The position numbers and the translations under genes were made by a program. A model generated the notes under the pieces. It made no database searches and was not told the DNA's origin. It saw nothing but the letters and a program-made list of their open reading frames with translations. A stretch of 64,000 bases of DNA. It comes from Thermoanaerobaculia bacterium. GTDB taxonomy: Bacteria > Acidobacteriota > Thermoanaerobaculia > Multivoradales > JAHEKO01. Positions 62,066 to 64,000 of the stretch are shown in pieces; the stretch's first letter is position 1, and every line of letters begins with the position of its first letter. Where the stretch lies: assembly GCA_947259195.1 (NCBI GenBank), contig CAMYLC010000008.1, forward strand, positions 52,694 through 116,693. The letters are read 5' to 3'.

Positions 62066-64000
62066 ATGGTCACGATGAAGCAGAACCCGCCCGCCACACC
62101 TGGCAAGTCTGACTCCGGCACCTCTACTTTGGAGGGAGCGGTGTCCCGGGTGGTGTTCAGCAGCGCAGCCAGCTCCTGGACCGTGCTCCGGCTGACTCTC
62201 TCCGACACCAAGCGCACGACGATCACCGCGGTGGGCCCTCTGTACGGAGTTCAGCCAGGAGAGAGTCTTCGCCTCAGTGGCAACTGGGAGGAGAACCGTC
62301 GCTTCGGCAGGCAGTTCCGCGTCACCTCCTATCTGGCTCTGCAGCCCAGCACCCTCAAGGGCATCGAGCGCTACCTCGGCTCCGGACTGATTCCGGGTAT
62401 CGGCCCGGCGCTGGCCGGACGGCTCGTCGCCCGCTTCGGCCTCGACACGCTCGAGGTGGTGGAAAATGATCCTTCGCGCCTCAGCGAAGTGGAAGGTATC
62501 GGCCCGGTCCGAGCCGAGCAGATTCGCCTGGCCTGGCGACAGCAACAGGGCCTGCGCGATACCCTGGTCTTTCTGCAATCCCAGGGGATGACAACCGGGC
62601 AAGCCCTACGAATTCACAAGCAGCTCGGGGAAACAGCTGTCGCTGCGGTCAGAGCGAACCCCTACAGGTTGGCCGAAGAGGTGACGGGCATCGGGTTCAA
62701 GACTGCGGATCAGATCGCGGCGGGCCTGGGCATCACTGGAGACGCGTCTCAGCGGGTCGAGGCAGGGATCCTCTACGCCCTGGATCGCGCCGCGGAAGCT
62801 GGACATCTCTACCTACCCCTGCCGCGCCTGAGGGAGGATGCTGGCACCCTCCTCGCGCTCGACGGCGATGGTGTGCCAGTGCGAGCGGCGATCGATACGC
62901 TCACCGGCAGAGGCGAGATCGTCATCGAGCCATCGACCTCTCGGCAGACCGATGCGGTGTACCGGTCCAGGCTGCACGCAACAGAAGCGGGCGTCGCCTG
63001 CAGAATCGAGAAGCTCCTTGCAAGCCGCTCAGACAGCCGAGAGATCGACATTCCGAAGGCTCTCGCCTGGCTAGAGGAGAATCAGCACCTGGAGCTTGCG
63101 CCTCAACAAGTCGAGGCCGTGCGGTGCGCTCTCGACTCGAAGATACTGATTGTCACCGGTGGCCCCGGAACCGGCAAGACGACTCTGGTTCGGGCCATCG
63201 TCCAGATCCTCGCCAAAGCCAGACAGCGAGTGCTTCTAGCCGCCCCCACCGGGCGTGCTGCCAACCGACTCAGCGAAGCCACCGGAGCCCCGGCCAAGAC
63301 CATCCACCGATTGCTGGAGTTCGATCCTCGCCAGATGATCTTCCAGCGCCAGGGCGGACGCCCTTTGGAAGCGGACTACGTCATCGTCGATGAGGCGTCG
63401 ATGCTCGACTGCTCCCTGGCCTATCACCTGCTCGACGCCATTCCGAATGGCGCCAAGCTGGTACTGGTGGGAGATGTGGACCAGCTACCGTCGGTCGGCC
63501 CAGGGCGGGTGCTGGCAGACCTGATCGTATCCCGACGCCCAGCCGTGGTACGGCTTCAAACCGTTTTTCGTCAGGCCGCCCAGAGTCGCATCGTCACCAA
63601 CGCCCACCGCATTCGCCGGGGCAAGATGCCTGACCTGGAGCACCCAAGCCGAACCACCGATTTCTTCTTCATTGAACGCCAGGAGCCGGAGGCGATTCTG
63701 GAAACGATTCTGCACCTGGTGACCCGTCGGATACCGCGCAGCTTCGGCCTCGACGCCCATCGCGACATCCAGGTCCTAGCACCCATGCGCCGGGGCTTGA
63801 TCGGCACGGAGAACTTGAATATCGAGCTGCAACGGCTCCTGAATCCGCCTTCAGGCCAGGACGCCAGCCCACCCGGACGCCTGCGGGGCGGCGACCGCGT
63901 CATGCAGATCCGCAACAACTACGAGCTCGATGTCTTCAATGGCGACGTTGGAAGGGTTCTCCCCAAAGCCGAAAAGGACGAGGGCCTGCGTGTGGATTTC
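62066..64000 (+). CDS. recD2: RecD2-type SF1B DNA helicase (RecD-like), 3'-truncated by the window edge
   Basis: Absent from the ORF track because there is no stop before position 64000. The frame is open from the ATG at 62066 (stop TAA at 62048-50 upstream). My translation shows an N-terminal OB-like region (LEGAVSRVVFSSAASSWTVLRL), HhH repeats (IPGIGPALAGRLV, VEGIGPVRAEQI, VTGIGFKTADQIA), Walker A VTGGPGTGKTT, Walker B VIVDEASML and later helicase motifs (LVGDVDQLPSVGPG, VFRQA, APMRRG). Confidence 0.88.
   Translation, partial: MVTMKQNPPATPGKSDSGTSTLEGAVSRVVFSSAASSWTVLRLTLSDTKRTTITAVGPLYGVQPGESLRLSGNWEENRRFGRQFRVTSYLALQPSTLKGIERYLGSGLIPGIGPALAGRLVARFGLDTLEVVENDPSRLSEVEGIGPVRAEQIRLAWRQQQGLRDTLVFLQSQGMTTGQALRIHKQLGETAVAAVRANPYRLAEEVTGIGFKTADQIAAGLGITGDASQRVEAGILYALDRAAEAGHLYLPLPRLREDAGTLLALDGDGVPVRAAIDTLTGRGEIVIEPSTSRQTDAVYRSRLHATEAGVACRIEKLLASRSDSREIDIPKALAWLEENQHLELAPQQVEAVRCALDSKILIVTGGPGTGKTTLVRAIVQILAKARQRVLLAAPTGRAANRLSEATGAPAKTIHRLLEFDPRQMIFQRQGGRPLEADYVIVDEASMLDCSLAYHLLDAIPNGAKLVLVGDVDQLPSVGPGRVLADLIVSRRPAVVRLQTVFRQAAQSRIVTNAHRIRRGKMPDLEHPSRTTDFFFIERQEPEAILETILHLVTRRIPRSFGLDAHRDIQVLAPMRRGLIGTENLNIELQRLLNPPSGQDASPPGRLRGGDRVMQIRNNYELDVFNGDVGRVLPKAEKDEGLRVDF

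Overview
High-GC (roughly 60-65% by eye) 64-kb chromosomal segment from a diderm bacterium. The gene content (Ser/Thr kinase-TPR fusion, CarboxypepD_reg arrays, TatT-type TRAP transporter, complete Kdo pathway, sigma-54 activator) looks Acidobacteriota-like, but that is inference only. I call 51 protein genes, 4 tRNAs (Phe-GAA, Asp-GTC, Val-TAC and a CAT-anticodon tRNA of Ile2 type) and several candidate promoters, terminators and hairpins. Two of the genes are missing from the supplied ORF track: rpmG, which is too short, and recD2, which is open at the right edge. Most of the window is housekeeping: recA, feoAB, metG, purH, a polyprenyl synthase, kdsB-pyrG-kdsA-kdsD-kdsC, tatAC, an S41 protease, tilS-hpt-ftsH-folP-cdaA-cdaR-glmM-pdxJ and recD2. 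I saw no CRISPR array, transposase, integrase, prophage or recognisable defence-system gene, so I do not claim a discrete new system. The items most worth a second look are listed here. (1) A 988-aa outer-membrane protein joins an Omp85-like barrel to a LolA-like domain instead of POTRA repeats, and sits in a same-strand string with an Smr protein and an HDAC11-like deacetylase that carries an unknown ~270-aa C-terminal domain. (2) A 10-kb minus-strand gene string (a secreted protein of at least 13 Ig-like repeats, a lipocalin, a Ser/Thr kinase-TPR protein and a polytopic membrane protein) is bracketed by two paralogous PilZ proteins. (3) An HPRT homologue in the conserved tilS-hpt-ftsH slot has lost the PRPP-loop and catalytic residues. 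(4) A CAT-anticodon tRNA lies 12 nt upstream of tilS. (5) A 520-bp AT-rich intergenic region carries a near-consensus sigma-54 promoter upstream of an ArsR-like regulator. (6) A hairpin sequesters the SD in the leader of an ECF sigma gene that has no anti-sigma partner and is followed by a second HDAC-type deacetylase. (7) A TatT-type TRAP transporter operon lacks its binding-protein gene. All functional calls rest on motif recognition by eye; no database search was possible.
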